Positions 1 to 8,772 of a DNA stretch of 64,000 bases are shown one piece after another (the first letter of the stretch is position 1; every line of letters begins with the position of its first letter). The stretch comes from Candidatus Saccharibacteria bacterium UBA1050. GTDB lineage: Bacteria; Patescibacteriota; Saccharimonadia; Saccharimonadales; Saccharimonadaceae. Both the position numbers and the translations under genes were made by a program. The notes below the pieces were generated by a model. It was not told the origin of the DNA. It saw nothing but the letters and a program-made list of their open reading frames with translations, and did no database searches. The DNA is taken from the NCBI GenBank assembly GCA_002316545.1, contig DCDR01000002.1, positions 18,248-82,247 on the forward strand. The letters are read 5' to 3'.

Positions 1-311
1 GACCATTCCACGCTAAAGCGCATTGCGTTCATGTTCAGTTTTTTAGCGATATCAAAGTCAGCTTCGTAGCGAGCGAAGTGATCAGCAGCTTTACCCGAAA
101 CATAATTCGCTGGGTCTTTGGCTTGCTTTTTAATAGTATTCCAATTTGCAAGATCGCCTAAACGATACTCAGCCTGAGCAGCTAGGCTACGAGCATTTTC
201 AAGCTCCCACACCGACCATTGGTTGTGGGTTCCCCCTTCCACCTGGTGTGCACTCGTACTCACGCCCCACAAAAATCGTTTTGGAAAGCGCTTCGCTTCG
301 TTTGGTTGCAT
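1..311 (-). CDS. Glycoside hydrolase family 1 (beta-glucosidase-like), N-terminal fragment; the gene runs off the left edge
   Basis: Not in the ORF track because it is truncated. The reverse complement from ATG at 311-309 reads MQPNEAKRFPKRFLWGVSTSAHQVEGGTHNQWSVWE...LNMNAMRFSVEWS. FLWG..S.HQ.EG and RFS.EWS are the GH1 N-terminal signatures. Confidence 0.75.
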   Translation of the reverse strand, partial: MQPNEAKRFPKRFLWGVSTSAHQVEGGTHNQWSVWELENARSLAAQAEYRLGDLANWNTIKKQAKDPANYVSGKAADHFARYEADFDIAKKLNMNAMRFSVEW

Positions 312-326
312 CTATCTTATTATACC

Positions 327-1847
327 CTAGAGTGATACGTCTTCGCCGTAGTGCTTCTTCAAGCGCATCTCAATCGAACCTTTGTGTCGCCCGAGCATTT
401 TTGAAATTTCGGATACATCTACGCCATTTTCAAATGCCTCTTTTAGCTGAGCATCTTGAGCCTTCGTCCATGGTCGATACGCATTCGGGTACGTCTCACG
501 CATTTTTTCAATCTTTTCGCTCCAATTTGATGATTTCGCCGCTGGCTTCACTGGCATGGCAGCTCGCTTTGAAGCGTTCTTTTCTAGGTGAGCCAATTCC
601 TTCGCATCCTGAGCAGATTTCGATCGCAGTAAGCTGTCTATCGTATGTGCGTCTTCACTAATTTGTAGCGCCATACGGTTAATGCCCTTTAGGTACAGGC
701 TGTCGAGGTTTCGAACGCGACTCAGTGCTACATAGCCCATTCCTTCTACGAAAGCTTTTCGCAGGTCAATCAAAGCCGCGTCGAGCGTCATTCCTTGGCT
801 TTTATGCACCGTTATCGCCCACGCCAAACGCAACGGTATTTGCGTTATACTAGCGCGCTTTTTATCACCATCACGAAGCTCCCACGTATCTGGTTGCATG
901 GTCACTTCCCTGCCATTGGTAAATTCAACAATTGGGTATTCGGTGGCTGGGTCAAAATCTACCACGGTGCCAATACTCCCATTGGCATACTTTTTGTTCA
1001 TGTCATTTTTTACCGCCATCACCAATGCACCTTGCTTTAGCCGTAAGGTGGCCGGTGCTAAGACTGATCGCTGTAAATTCTCGACGTAATTTGTACCGCC
1101 CGTGGTGGTCTGCGTATATATCATTTCATCGCCGGCTAGCTCGTCTAGTTTGGCTTCGTTTTGTTTATCGACATCCACGTTCACCGTGTGCAGTTCGGTA
1201 TAGAGCAAACCGCTTGGAGGAGTGATTTCCGCCCGAGCTAGCAATGTTTCGGCATGATGCCGCCGCACATCTTGCTCGCGCATCGCCTGCAAAATATTAC
1301 TTAATTTTTCGTCGTCGTGACGGAACTGCTCGTTTAGGTAACACACGACTGGGTTGAGTTCTTGCCACGCAACACTATTTACCACAAAACTGCCTGGCCT
1401 TGCATCGTTTCTGTTCACTGGCGGCAATTGGAAAAAGTCGCCACTCATTATCAGCTGAATTCCGCCGAATGGTTTGTCGGGTTGCTTGCGAATCAACCGG
1501 CAGGCTTCGTCTACCATATCAAGTCGAAAGTCGTGCAGCATCGATACCTCATCGATAATCAACACGTCGGTTTTTTCAATAATTTCGCGCCGCCCCTTGC
1601 TGACATGCTCAGCAAAGTTCGGCGGCAATTCATCGTGCACGCCTATTCCGCTCCAGCTATGAATTGTTGTTCCACCCAGATGTGATGCCGCCAGGCCAGT
1701 GGTGGCCGTCACACTAACATGCTTACCTTCATGTTTGGCTAGTTTAATAAATTGGTTTAGTACGTAGGTTTTCCCCGCTCCTGCCGGACCAGTCAAAAAC
1801 ACGCTGTGACCAGCGAGCATTATTTCGAGCGCAAGTGTTTGATTCAT
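327..1847 (-). CDS. Pif1/RecD-like SF1B DNA helicase with a C-terminal HTH-like tail
   Basis: The ORF track gives 327..1850 (TTG); the adjacent ATG at 1847 is more likely. Motifs: GPAGAGKT (Walker A), TATTGLAA, LIIDEVSM, GDFFQLPPV, TVHKSQGMT, YVALSRV. The last ~90 aa end in RPWTKAQDAQLKEAFENGVDVSEISKMLGRHKGSIEMRLKK. Confidence 0.8.
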   Translation of the reverse strand: MNQTLALEIMLAGHSVFLTGPAGAGKTYVLNQFIKLAKHEGKHVSVTATTGLAASHLGGTTIHSWSGIGVHDELPPNFAEHVSKGRREIIEKTDVLIIDEVSMLHDFRLDMVDEACRLIRKQPDKPFGGIQLIMSGDFFQLPPVNRNDARPGSFVVNSVAWQELNPVVCYLNEQFRHDDEKLSNILQAMREQDVRRHHAETLLARAEITPPSGLLYTELHTVNVDVDKQNEAKLDELAGDEMIYTQTTTGGTNYVENLQRSVLAPATLRLKQGALVMAVKNDMNKKYANGSIGTVVDFDPATEYPIVEFTNGREVTMQPDTWELRDGDKKRASITQIPLRLAWAITVHKSQGMTLDAALIDLRKAFVEGMGYVALSRVRNLDSLYLKGINRMALQISEDAHTIDSLLRSKSAQDAKELAHLEKNASKRAAMPVKPAAKSSNWSEKIEKMRETYPNAYRPWTKAQDAQLKEAFENGVDVSEISKMLGRHKGSIEMRLKKHYGEDVSL

Positions 1848-1865
1848 CAATTTAATTATAGACTA

Positions 1866-2840
1866 CTAGCCACGAGGCGGCTCGCCCTCTGGCTCACCAA
1901 GAAGCTTCTTGCTCTTAATCTCATAGCGTTTACCTGTTAGCTCGCTCGTAATGTAATCTTCGTTAATCAAATTTACAAACATATCGAGGTCACGACCATC
2001 CATTATGATGATTTGGTCTTTTTCGTCGCTCATGAGTTCCAACTCCATCGTATCAGCATATTCTATCGCCTGCTCTTGGGTAACTGCGCCGACTTCAAGT
2101 TTCTGCAACTTGTTTACAATCTTACGGCGCTCTCGCACCAAGCTTTGCAAATCAAGCCCTTCAGGAAAACTCAGTTTGTAGGCTTTTTCAATTTCCGCTA
2201 CCTTCTCGTCTGCCAGTAACTGCTTTTTAAATTCGTACTGGAATAGTTTTTCAAACTTGCCATGGTTGAAAATAAATATATCATCACCCACTATCATCAC
2301 TTGGTTATCGTTTGGCATTTTTACGCCAACGTCGGCCTTAAACGGCGCCAACGTACCGCCTGTTAACTCCCAACTCACTGCGCCTGCTAGCACATTGCTT
2401 TGCTGCACTGCCTTCACTATGTAGAACGCGTCACTGCCGTCGCTTTTCGTACAACGCAGGGCCACGCCCTTTATGCGTTTGAACTCGTGATCGCCTTCAG
2501 AAAACGGTTCAATGCTGCCCCGCTCGTGTTCAAGTAAATTGATCAGCGTTTTTGCGCGCTCAACTTTCTCTAATTCTGTTCGTAGCAAAACATTATCTTC
2601 CGCCTCTGATAATTCGTAGTCACGAACGCTTAAGCCAGTCCCTGCTCCAAAGTTTATAGTGTTTATTACATCGTAAATAAACATTGCACGCAGCTGGTGT
2701 TCGAGTTCTTTTGAAAACTTCATCGAATATGGCGTGTAGTTCTTGTTGAACACAAATAGTTCAAGTTCGAGCTCATTTTTTATGCCGTCATTTTGGTTTG
2801 CCCACAAGAAAATATCAGTTGGTGTTTGCGTATCAGTCAT
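1866..2840 (-). CDS. Hypothetical protein, tentatively DUF4868/KwaB-like
   Basis: 324-aa ORF with ATG at 2840 preceded by GGGAG; 18-nt gap to the helicase gene and 20-nt gap from the MMPL gene. No catalytic motif. Its length and pattern (LELFVFNKNYTPY.., FYIVKAV.., IFIFNHGKFEKLFQYEF) resemble DUF4868 as I remember it. The CDS is solid; the family call is unverified. Confidence 0.45.
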   Translation of the reverse strand: MTDTQTPTDIFLWANQNDGIKNELELELFVFNKNYTPYSMKFSKELEHQLRAMFIYDVINTINFGAGTGLSVRDYELSEAEDNVLLRTELEKVERAKTLINLLEHERGSIEPFSEGDHEFKRIKGVALRCTKSDGSDAFYIVKAVQQSNVLAGAVSWELTGGTLAPFKADVGVKMPNDNQVMIVGDDIFIFNHGKFEKLFQYEFKKQLLADEKVAEIEKAYKLSFPEGLDLQSLVRERRKIVNKLQKLEVGAVTQEQAIEYADTMELELMSDEKDQIIIMDGRDLDMFVNLINEDYITSELTGKRYEIKSKKLLGEPEGEPPRG

Positions 2841-2860
2841 AGTCTCCCTAGCGTATCAAT

Positions 2861-5104
2861 TTATTTCTTGGTTTTCAATTTCGACGGCCACCAGACAAAT
2901 GGACCAATGTCGCGAATGAGTGCTGGAACGAGCAACGTACGTACGACGAACGTGTCGAGCAACACACCGAATGCTACAATGAAGGCGATTTGGAATAAGA
3001 ATAAGATTGGTATCACACCCAATGCGGCAAACGTAGCCGCAAGCACAATACCTGCACTCGTAATCACACTACCCGTAACCACCAAACCTTTTATTACTCC
3101 CTTTGCCGTGCCATGCTTTACTGTCTCTTCTCTCACACGAGTCATTAGGAAAATATTGTAATCTATCCCAAGCGCTACCAAGAACACAAAGCCAAACAAC
3201 ACTACCGATGGGTCAGCACCCGGGAAGTTCATTACTCCGTTGAATAGCAACGCAGCTACGCCAAGTGTTGCAGCAAAAGACAGCACCGTACTTGCAAGTA
3301 GTAGCAGAGGCGCGACTACGGCGCGTAGCAACACCATTAAGATGATGGTTATCGCGATAAGCACCGTAGGGATGATTATTTCCCTATCTCGCTTAGAAGC
3401 GGTAATCGTATCTTGCTGAATAGCTGTTGGACCACCCACTAATACATCACGAGAAACATCGTCAAGCTTGTCTCGGAGTCGAACTACGGTGTCTTTTGAA
3501 TACTGACTATCTGGCTCCTTCAAAAGTGTTGCTTGCAGTAAAATTTGTCCGTCTTCCGATCTTGCCTGTGATGCGCCAAATGGATTCGCGTTATCGACAG
3601 CCGAGTCGATTATCAATTCATAATTTGGCGTCTGTTTTGGAATATTTGCCTGAGCTTCAACTTTTGCCCGAAATTCTTTCATAAATTCATCGGCTGCTTT
3701 TCCGACCGGCATCGTACCGCTAGGGCTGTTGATCGCTACTGCAGCAACGCCATCAATTCCTTTGTCGGCATCGACTAGCTTCACTACATCTTCCCAATTG
3801 TCATCCTGCGCCACAATCTGCACTGGACTACCTGAACCACCCGGGAAATGATCATTCAAAATTTCTTGCCCATCACGCGCATCAGATTGTCCGAGTATTA
3901 AATCACTTTGCTCCACGCCATCCGCTTTTAATTGCGTCGAGAACATGGCAAGTACAAGCAACGCAGCAGCGCTAGCGATCCACGCTGCACGGCCGTGCGT
4001 TTGCACTAAATCACCTACTTTGTGCCATACGCCTTTGGCGAGTCGTTCTTTGTGCTTCTTTACCTGCTTTGGGTCGGTGCTTGGCATAAATGGCCAAAAA
4101 CTTCCTCTACCAAACACATACAACACTGCTGGCAAAAATGTTAGCGCAGATATCATTGCGAATGCCACACCAATAGAGCCTACCGGTGCAAGTGCTTTGT
4201 TCGATTCCAGGTCAGATAGCAAGAGGCACATCAAGCCCACGATTACCGTTCCCCCGCTAGCAATAATTGGTTCAAACGCACCCTTGTAAGATTCCGCAAT
4301 TGCGTGAAGCTTGCTGGCATTTTCGTATAATGATTCCCTAAAGCGCGACACGAAAAGTAGCGAATAGTCAGTTGCCGCACCGATTACTAATATAAAGAGT
4401 ATGCCCTGTACCTGGCCGTTCAACGACACAATGTCGTTTTTAGCTAGCCACCACACCAACATAATACTGGCGCTTAGTGCAAAAATGCTGGTTAATAGCA
4501 CGACAATTGGCAGTAGAACCGAGCGATATACCACAATTAGAATCACAAACACAACAGCAAGCGCAGTAAGCAGTAGTATTCCGTCGATTCCAGCAAATGC
4601 CTTGTTCAAACCGGCAGCAAACGCAGCCGGGCCAGTAACATGAAAGCTTGCACCATCTATGTCAACTTCGCTATATATTCTTTCGATGTTTGACGTCACA
4701 AGTTCAAGCTCGGAGCCTGAGTCGACAGGTACTGCGACTAGCACCGCCTTGCCATCCTCAGAAAGTATTGCTGGACTTGGATCCTCGCTTATGCCTTCCG
4801 CACATTCAAGTTCTTCTGCGGTTTTATCAATTGTACTTACATCTGCTTTGCTAAACTTTTTATCGCTATGAAACAAAACAATCGCAGGTAATGTAGTGTC
4901 ATCCTGAAACTTTTCGAGCTGCTTATTTACTTTTGTTGATTCTGCACTCTTTGGCAAAAAGCCAGCAAAACCATTATCGGCAACTTCCTCGATCTTACCA
5001 AAGTATGGGCCGCCGACGGCCGACACGCCAAACCAAACAACTATCAACGCTGTCGGTATCACTATTCGCAGCCATTTCGGTGCGCCCTCAAACTTTCCTA
5101 ACAC
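2861..5104 (-). CDS. MMPL/RND-superfamily membrane transporter
   Basis: 747 aa. GTG start at 5104 with GGAGG 8 nt upstream. There are two repeats of a large soluble loop followed by a cluster of about 5-6 hydrophobic helices, which is typical MMPL topology. Confidence 0.7.
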   Translation of the reverse strand: MLGKFEGAPKWLRIVIPTALIVVWFGVSAVGGPYFGKIEEVADNGFAGFLPKSAESTKVNKQLEKFQDDTTLPAIVLFHSDKKFSKADVSTIDKTAEELECAEGISEDPSPAILSEDGKAVLVAVPVDSGSELELVTSNIERIYSEVDIDGASFHVTGPAAFAAGLNKAFAGIDGILLLTALAVVFVILIVVYRSVLLPIVVLLTSIFALSASIMLVWWLAKNDIVSLNGQVQGILFILVIGAATDYSLLFVSRFRESLYENASKLHAIAESYKGAFEPIIASGGTVIVGLMCLLLSDLESNKALAPVGSIGVAFAMISALTFLPAVLYVFGRGSFWPFMPSTDPKQVKKHKERLAKGVWHKVGDLVQTHGRAAWIASAAALLVLAMFSTQLKADGVEQSDLILGQSDARDGQEILNDHFPGGSGSPVQIVAQDDNWEDVVKLVDADKGIDGVAAVAINSPSGTMPVGKAADEFMKEFRAKVEAQANIPKQTPNYELIIDSAVDNANPFGASQARSEDGQILLQATLLKEPDSQYSKDTVVRLRDKLDDVSRDVLVGGPTAIQQDTITASKRDREIIIPTVLIAITIILMVLLRAVVAPLLLLASTVLSFAATLGVAALLFNGVMNFPGADPSVVLFGFVFLVALGIDYNIFLMTRVREETVKHGTAKGVIKGLVVTGSVITSAGIVLAATFAALGVIPILFLFQIAFIVAFGVLLDTFVVRTLLVPALIRDIGPFVWWPSKLKTKK

Positions 5105-5149
5105 AGCACTTCCCTCCGTTTTTGTATAACTCTATTGTAGCAAATTTGG

Positions 5150-5611
5150 CTATTTCACAACGAGAGTTGTGGTAAATTGATCGTGCAAATGGTCATGTAC
5201 CCCCCACGTGCCCGTGGTTTCTGGTGAAAAGGTGGTGCTTTCACCTGCTGCCAGCACATCTAAGTTGAGCTCTGTGTCGTCAAGATGCGTAGGGTGGTCG
5301 TCAGACGAAAATTGCAGATCTCCCGATGAATTGTTTTTCACCGTTACTTCACCTCCGCTTTTAACGCCGTAGACGCTTTTCTCAAAGCCATCGTCAGTAA
5401 ATATGATCTCTACGCTCTCAGCCGCTACCACCGATTCTGTATCGGTGTCACTCGTGCTTGTCTTGCTTGTTGTGCTTGAGCTGCCTGCGTCGTCTGCATC
5501 GCTATCTTTCTGTCCAAACACCATCCAAGCGAGTCCGCCTACCACAATCAGCAGTACTGCCGCCACCATTAGTACCACGAATTTTATTGAGTTCGAATTA
5601 TTCTCTTCCAT
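5150..5611 (-). CDS. Membrane-anchored cupredoxin-like domain protein
   Basis: The track ORF 5150..5644 is trimmed to ATG 5611, which has AAGGAGG 7 nt upstream. It has an N-terminal TM helix, an S/T/D-rich linker, then IIFTDDGF..VKSGGEVTVKNNS..DDHPTHL..GTWGVHDHLH, the HP.H/HDHL pattern of small cupredoxin-fold proteins. Confidence 0.6.
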   Translation of the reverse strand: MEENNSNSIKFVVLMVAAVLLIVVGGLAWMVFGQKDSDADDAGSSSTTSKTSTSDTDTESVVAAESVEIIFTDDGFEKSVYGVKSGGEVTVKNNSSGDLQFSSDDHPTHLDDTELNLDVLAAGESTTFSPETTGTWGVHDHLHDQFTTTLVVK

Positions 5612-5612
5612 G

Positions 5613-6233
5613 CTATGCCTCCTTCGCGTTTGTTTGCTTATCATACCAGTAGCTATATACCACAGCCGCTACCAAGCTAATTCCGTACAGCCACCACACC
5701 ACCTGAAACCAACCTACCGTCAGTTCCCTGCCCAATATCAGCGCGTGCGTAAATATTGCTGCCATCGCTACGAGCTGAATTTTATCTACAATGTGCCACC
5801 AGCTTCGAGTGCCGTACCATCGGCGCAGCTCAAAGGCCAAAAAAGCAAAGAGCGATAGCGTTCCAAGTAGCAAAATTGCTTCCTTGCCTGGGTATGCAGC
5901 CGAATAGCTAGCTGGTGGTAGCCCCAGGCCATCTTGTATCAAGCCGTAATTCAGCAGCAATGGGTGTGCTACTATCAATACCAACACGGCACCAGTGGAA
6001 ACGCTCCAATACATGTCGTTGCTCTGTTTCTTTATTCCCCACATTCGTCGCAGTGCGCCACCAATGTAGTGCGTCCACATCAGTCCAAATGCAATCAGGC
6101 CTAGAGGTGGAAATACATCATATATACTCAAGTTACCATCACCTCGTACGTCAAACCATACAAAAAAGCTTAGCGCTGTCACCAGCAAAGCAAGCATCCA
6201 TTCTACCAGCTGAAATTGTTGCTGTTTCGTCAT
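5613..6233 (-). CDS. Polytopic membrane protein, possibly ferric-reductase/YedZ-like heme-b protein
   Basis: 206 aa with about 6 hydrophobic helices and membrane-embedded His residues (WTHYIGG, IVAHPLL, IFTHALILG). Its stop is 1 nt from the cupredoxin gene start. Confidence 0.4.
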   Translation of the reverse strand: MTKQQQFQLVEWMLALLVTALSFFVWFDVRGDGNLSIYDVFPPLGLIAFGLMWTHYIGGALRRMWGIKKQSNDMYWSVSTGAVLVLIVAHPLLLNYGLIQDGLGLPPASYSAAYPGKEAILLLGTLSLFAFLAFELRRWYGTRSWWHIVDKIQLVAMAAIFTHALILGRELTVGWFQVVWWLYGISLVAAVVYSYWYDKQTNAKEA

Positions 6234-6271
6234 TTGTTCCCCCGTTTACTACATCTAGTATAGCATCTGGG

Positions 6272-6892
6272 CTAGTTGCTACGGCGACTTTCGAGCACCG
6301 GTGTACCCTCATATGAAACATTGCCTTCATCGTCGATGACGGCAACACCTGCGTTTTCAAAGTGAAATACGTCTATCGCCTCACGCATGGGTACGCCCGA
6401 TGCAGCCGCGCAAAGCGCCAGGCCGGCATCACCGTGTGTTACTATCAAGCCTCTTTGGCCTAGCTTTAGTTTGCGACGAATTATCTTCAAGGCTCTACCG
6501 GTTCGTCCCACGGTCGCGTCGAATGACTCCGCGCCATACTTACCTTCCACGTAGCGCGTGCCGTTTTTTGCATGAATTATGTCTTCTTTGCCTACAATCT
6601 TTAGTGCATCGATTTGTTCGACAGACATATTTTCCAGTATCCCAAGATGGCGTTCGTGTAGTCCTGTCATAATTTCAGGTGTTACCCCATGTAGCCTCCC
6701 TGCTATCTCGGCAGTTTGGCGTGCTCGCCACATAAAGCTCGTCCAGATCCGATGTACTTCTTCTAAATTAGAAGCCTTGTCAAAAACTTCCTGCTGACCG
6801 TCCTCATTAAGCCCTGGGCAAGGCGCCTGATTCAATACCTTCATTTTGTTGCCATCGGTCTGGCCGTGCCGCATTACGATTATTTCAGCCAT
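6272..6892 (-). CDS. Histidine phosphatase (phosphoglycerate-mutase-like) family protein
   Basis: N-terminal IIVMRHGQTDGN (RHG motif) and C-terminal LIVTHGDAG. Confidence 0.75.
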   Translation of the reverse strand: MAEIIVMRHGQTDGNKMKVLNQAPCPGLNEDGQQEVFDKASNLEEVHRIWTSFMWRARQTAEIAGRLHGVTPEIMTGLHERHLGILENMSVEQIDALKIVGKEDIIHAKNGTRYVEGKYGAESFDATVGRTGRALKIIRRKLKLGQRGLIVTHGDAGLALCAAASGVPMREAIDVFHFENAGVAVIDDEGNVSYEGTPVLESRRSN

Positions 6893-6896
6893 ACGC

Positions 6897-7376
6897 CTAC
6901 TGTATTCCCAATTGTCTTAGTTGCTCCGAGAAAAGTCCAATATCATGTTCAAGATTCTGTTTGTAGGCTATTTCTATTGATTCTATTTTGTCTTCCGAGT
7001 CATTTTCGATGTTCGTGAGAATTCCTAAGACAGACGGAATGTCAGCAGCCTGCGCGCCCTCAAGCTCTTTTTGCAACAGCACGCGCATCACTTCACGTAG
7101 TTTTGTTATATCGTCAGACCATAGTTTTGCTACCATGCCGTCATCAAAACTAAAGTCGTGGTTTCTCATTACCTCTACAAGTGTCGAAAATTGAAAAGCC
7201 AAATTGTCCACCACCGTAAGCACTTCACTATCGTTTATTGGTCTCGATTTCTGAACTTTTACAGTATCAAACAGTAAAAAACCCAAGTCACGGCACAACT
7301 TATCATGCGCCTCCATGGTATCTAAAAGCATGCTCTCGACTCCCACCAAAAGCTCTTCACCGGTTTCTTTTGCCAT
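6897..7376 (-). CDS. Hypothetical helical protein
   Basis: 159-aa ORF with clean codon structure and tight spacing to its neighbours. No recognisable motif. Confidence 0.6.
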   Translation of the reverse strand: MAKETGEELLVGVESMLLDTMEAHDKLCRDLGFLLFDTVKVQKSRPINDSEVLTVVDNLAFQFSTLVEVMRNHDFSFDDGMVAKLWSDDITKLREVMRVLLQKELEGAQAADIPSVLGILTNIENDSEDKIESIEIAYKQNLEHDIGLFSEQLRQLGIQ

Positions 7377-7417
7377 TATTTAGCAATTCTACCACATATT
7401 TGTCAAAGATATGATAC

Positions 7418-7750
7418 CTAAGGCTTCGGCGGCAATGTCAGTGTATAGTCACGACTTATCTCTAGCAGTCGCTTCAAGTTATCTTCATCAAGCACGTCTG
7501 CCTCAGCTTGCAACCAACTTTTCATACTTTTCCCACCATAGGTGAAGTAGCCAATACCTGGCTCTTGCAGCAATTCTTCTACGGTTGGCTCAGCTGCTTT
7601 TACTATCAATTCGTCTGTTTTGATGCCAAATGCCATATTGCGATTGATAAAATAGCCTAGCCCGCCAAACATTTTGCGTTTTGACACGTCCAAGCCCCAA
7701 CTGGCGACCACTTCGTCGATTCGTTCTTCTAGTATTGTATCGTAGGCCAT
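7418..7750 (-). CDS. TfoX N-terminal domain protein
   Basis: 110 aa; KRKMFGGLGYFINRNMAFGI is typical of the TfoX/Sxy N-terminal domain. Confidence 0.65.
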   Translation of the reverse strand: MAYDTILEERIDEVVASWGLDVSKRKMFGGLGYFINRNMAFGIKTDELIVKAAEPTVEELLQEPGIGYFTYGGKSMKSWLQAEADVLDEDNLKRLLEISRDYTLTLPPKP

Positions 7751-8385
7751 TACTGCTTCTTGTAAAGTCTCCAGCTACCGCCAGATATTACTTCTACACT
7801 GCCGTCTACTACCTTCAGCGCGCTTAAATCATCAAGTGCGTACACATCGTTCGGCCTGTTTTTAGCGTACTCCTCTGTAGCATTCAGCCCTGCTTCATCG
7901 CAGTGCACATTTATTTCAAAGTCTACGTAGCCCAAGCCAGACAAATCAGTCAAACCCATAGAATTATCGTCTATGGGTAGTGCAATCTCTATGCTTGGCG
8001 TCATAACCATCGTACTCGCGCTGCCACCTACAAATACTTTGCTTTCAATATTTTCTTTCAGCCATTCATCAAACCCCGTTTTTCGTACCTGATCCAACAA
8101 GTGAAACGTATTACCTCCGCTCACCCACAGCACGTCTACATCAGCCAATCGGCCGCGCCAATCTACACCGTCAGCGCTAATATCTACTATGTCTATATCG
8201 TAAAAGCCGTAGCGTTGCAGTTGCTGAAACTGAGCAATCAGCCATGTTTTGTTGTATGGCTCTACATTTGCGGCTGTTGGCACAAAACCAACCTTGCAGT
8301 CGCTGGCTGGCTTGCCGACCATTTGTTGCAAGGCCTCACCAATTGCTCGCTTTGAAAGTCCGCTCGATGTCAGTAGTAATTTCAT
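7750..8385 (-). CDS. Peptidase E-like (S51) / type 1 glutamine-amidotransferase-like protein
   Basis: MKLLLTSSGLS.. N-terminus and VSGGNTFHLL motif; 211 aa. Confidence 0.65.
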   Translation of the reverse strand: MKLLLTSSGLSKRAIGEALQQMVGKPASDCKVGFVPTAANVEPYNKTWLIAQFQQLQRYGFYDIDIVDISADGVDWRGRLADVDVLWVSGGNTFHLLDQVRKTGFDEWLKENIESKVFVGGSASTMVMTPSIEIALPIDDNSMGLTDLSGLGYVDFEINVHCDEAGLNATEEYAKNRPNDVYALDDLSALKVVDGSVEVISGGSWRLYKKQ

Positions 8386-8410
8386 GCTATTAGTATAGCG
8401 CAGTAACTCT

Positions 8411-8451
8411 TTTCATTAAAATAACACCCGGCGTATTTACCGGGTGTTATT
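8411..8451 (-). terminator. Rho-independent terminator after the 57-aa ORF
   Basis: Perfect 12-bp inverted repeat AATAACACCCGG (8420-8431) / CCGGGTGTTATT (8440-8451) with an 8-nt loop, followed on the minus strand by TTTAATGAAAAG. Confidence 0.7.
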
Positions 8452-8454
8452 TCG

Positions 8455-8628
8455 CTAGAACACTTGGGCGAGTATCCAGACGGCTGCGGCTGTTTCGATA
8501 AAAAACAGTCCCAATCCTACTGGTGAGCCCCAGCTGAACCAGCTGCCCCAGGCACGCCAGTTCTTATGAGTAAGTTCATACCATTCCTTACCCATCAGTT
8601 CTTGCTCTTCTTTTGTCGATTTAGACAT
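8455..8628 (-). CDS. Small Trp-rich membrane peptide (57 aa)
   Basis: Below the ORF-track cutoff. ATG at 8628 is preceded by TAGGAG. Translation: MSKSTKEEQELMGKEWYELTHKNWRAWGSWFSWGSPVGLGLFFIETAAAVWILAQVF. Followed by a strong terminator. Confidence 0.5.
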   Translation of the reverse strand: MSKSTKEEQELMGKEWYELTHKNWRAWGSWFSWGSPVGLGLFFIETAAAVWILAQVF

Positions 8629-8772
8629 TGTAAGAACTCCTATTAATTGTTAATAAAAGTCCCCAATGTGTACGCAGTGCCGGTGGCGAGTTATTCCCTT
8701 GGGGCAGGCCTCGCTGTGGATGCGGACTTACGTGCTTATTTACAGTGTACTAAATTGTGTCAAACGAGACAA

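Noticed and set aside
146-661. A 171-aa plus-strand ORF spanning the GH1/helicase junction, plus the dozens of 60-170-aa ORFs listed antisense to or out of frame with the long genes (e.g. 795-1040, 3945-4289, 11151-11669, 14342-14800, 24205-24723, 47260-47751, 59671-60171).
   Set aside because: They lie entirely inside or opposite long ORFs with clear family motifs, have Ser/Arg/Cys-rich low-complexity translations and lack start-site signals. They are shadow ORFs.
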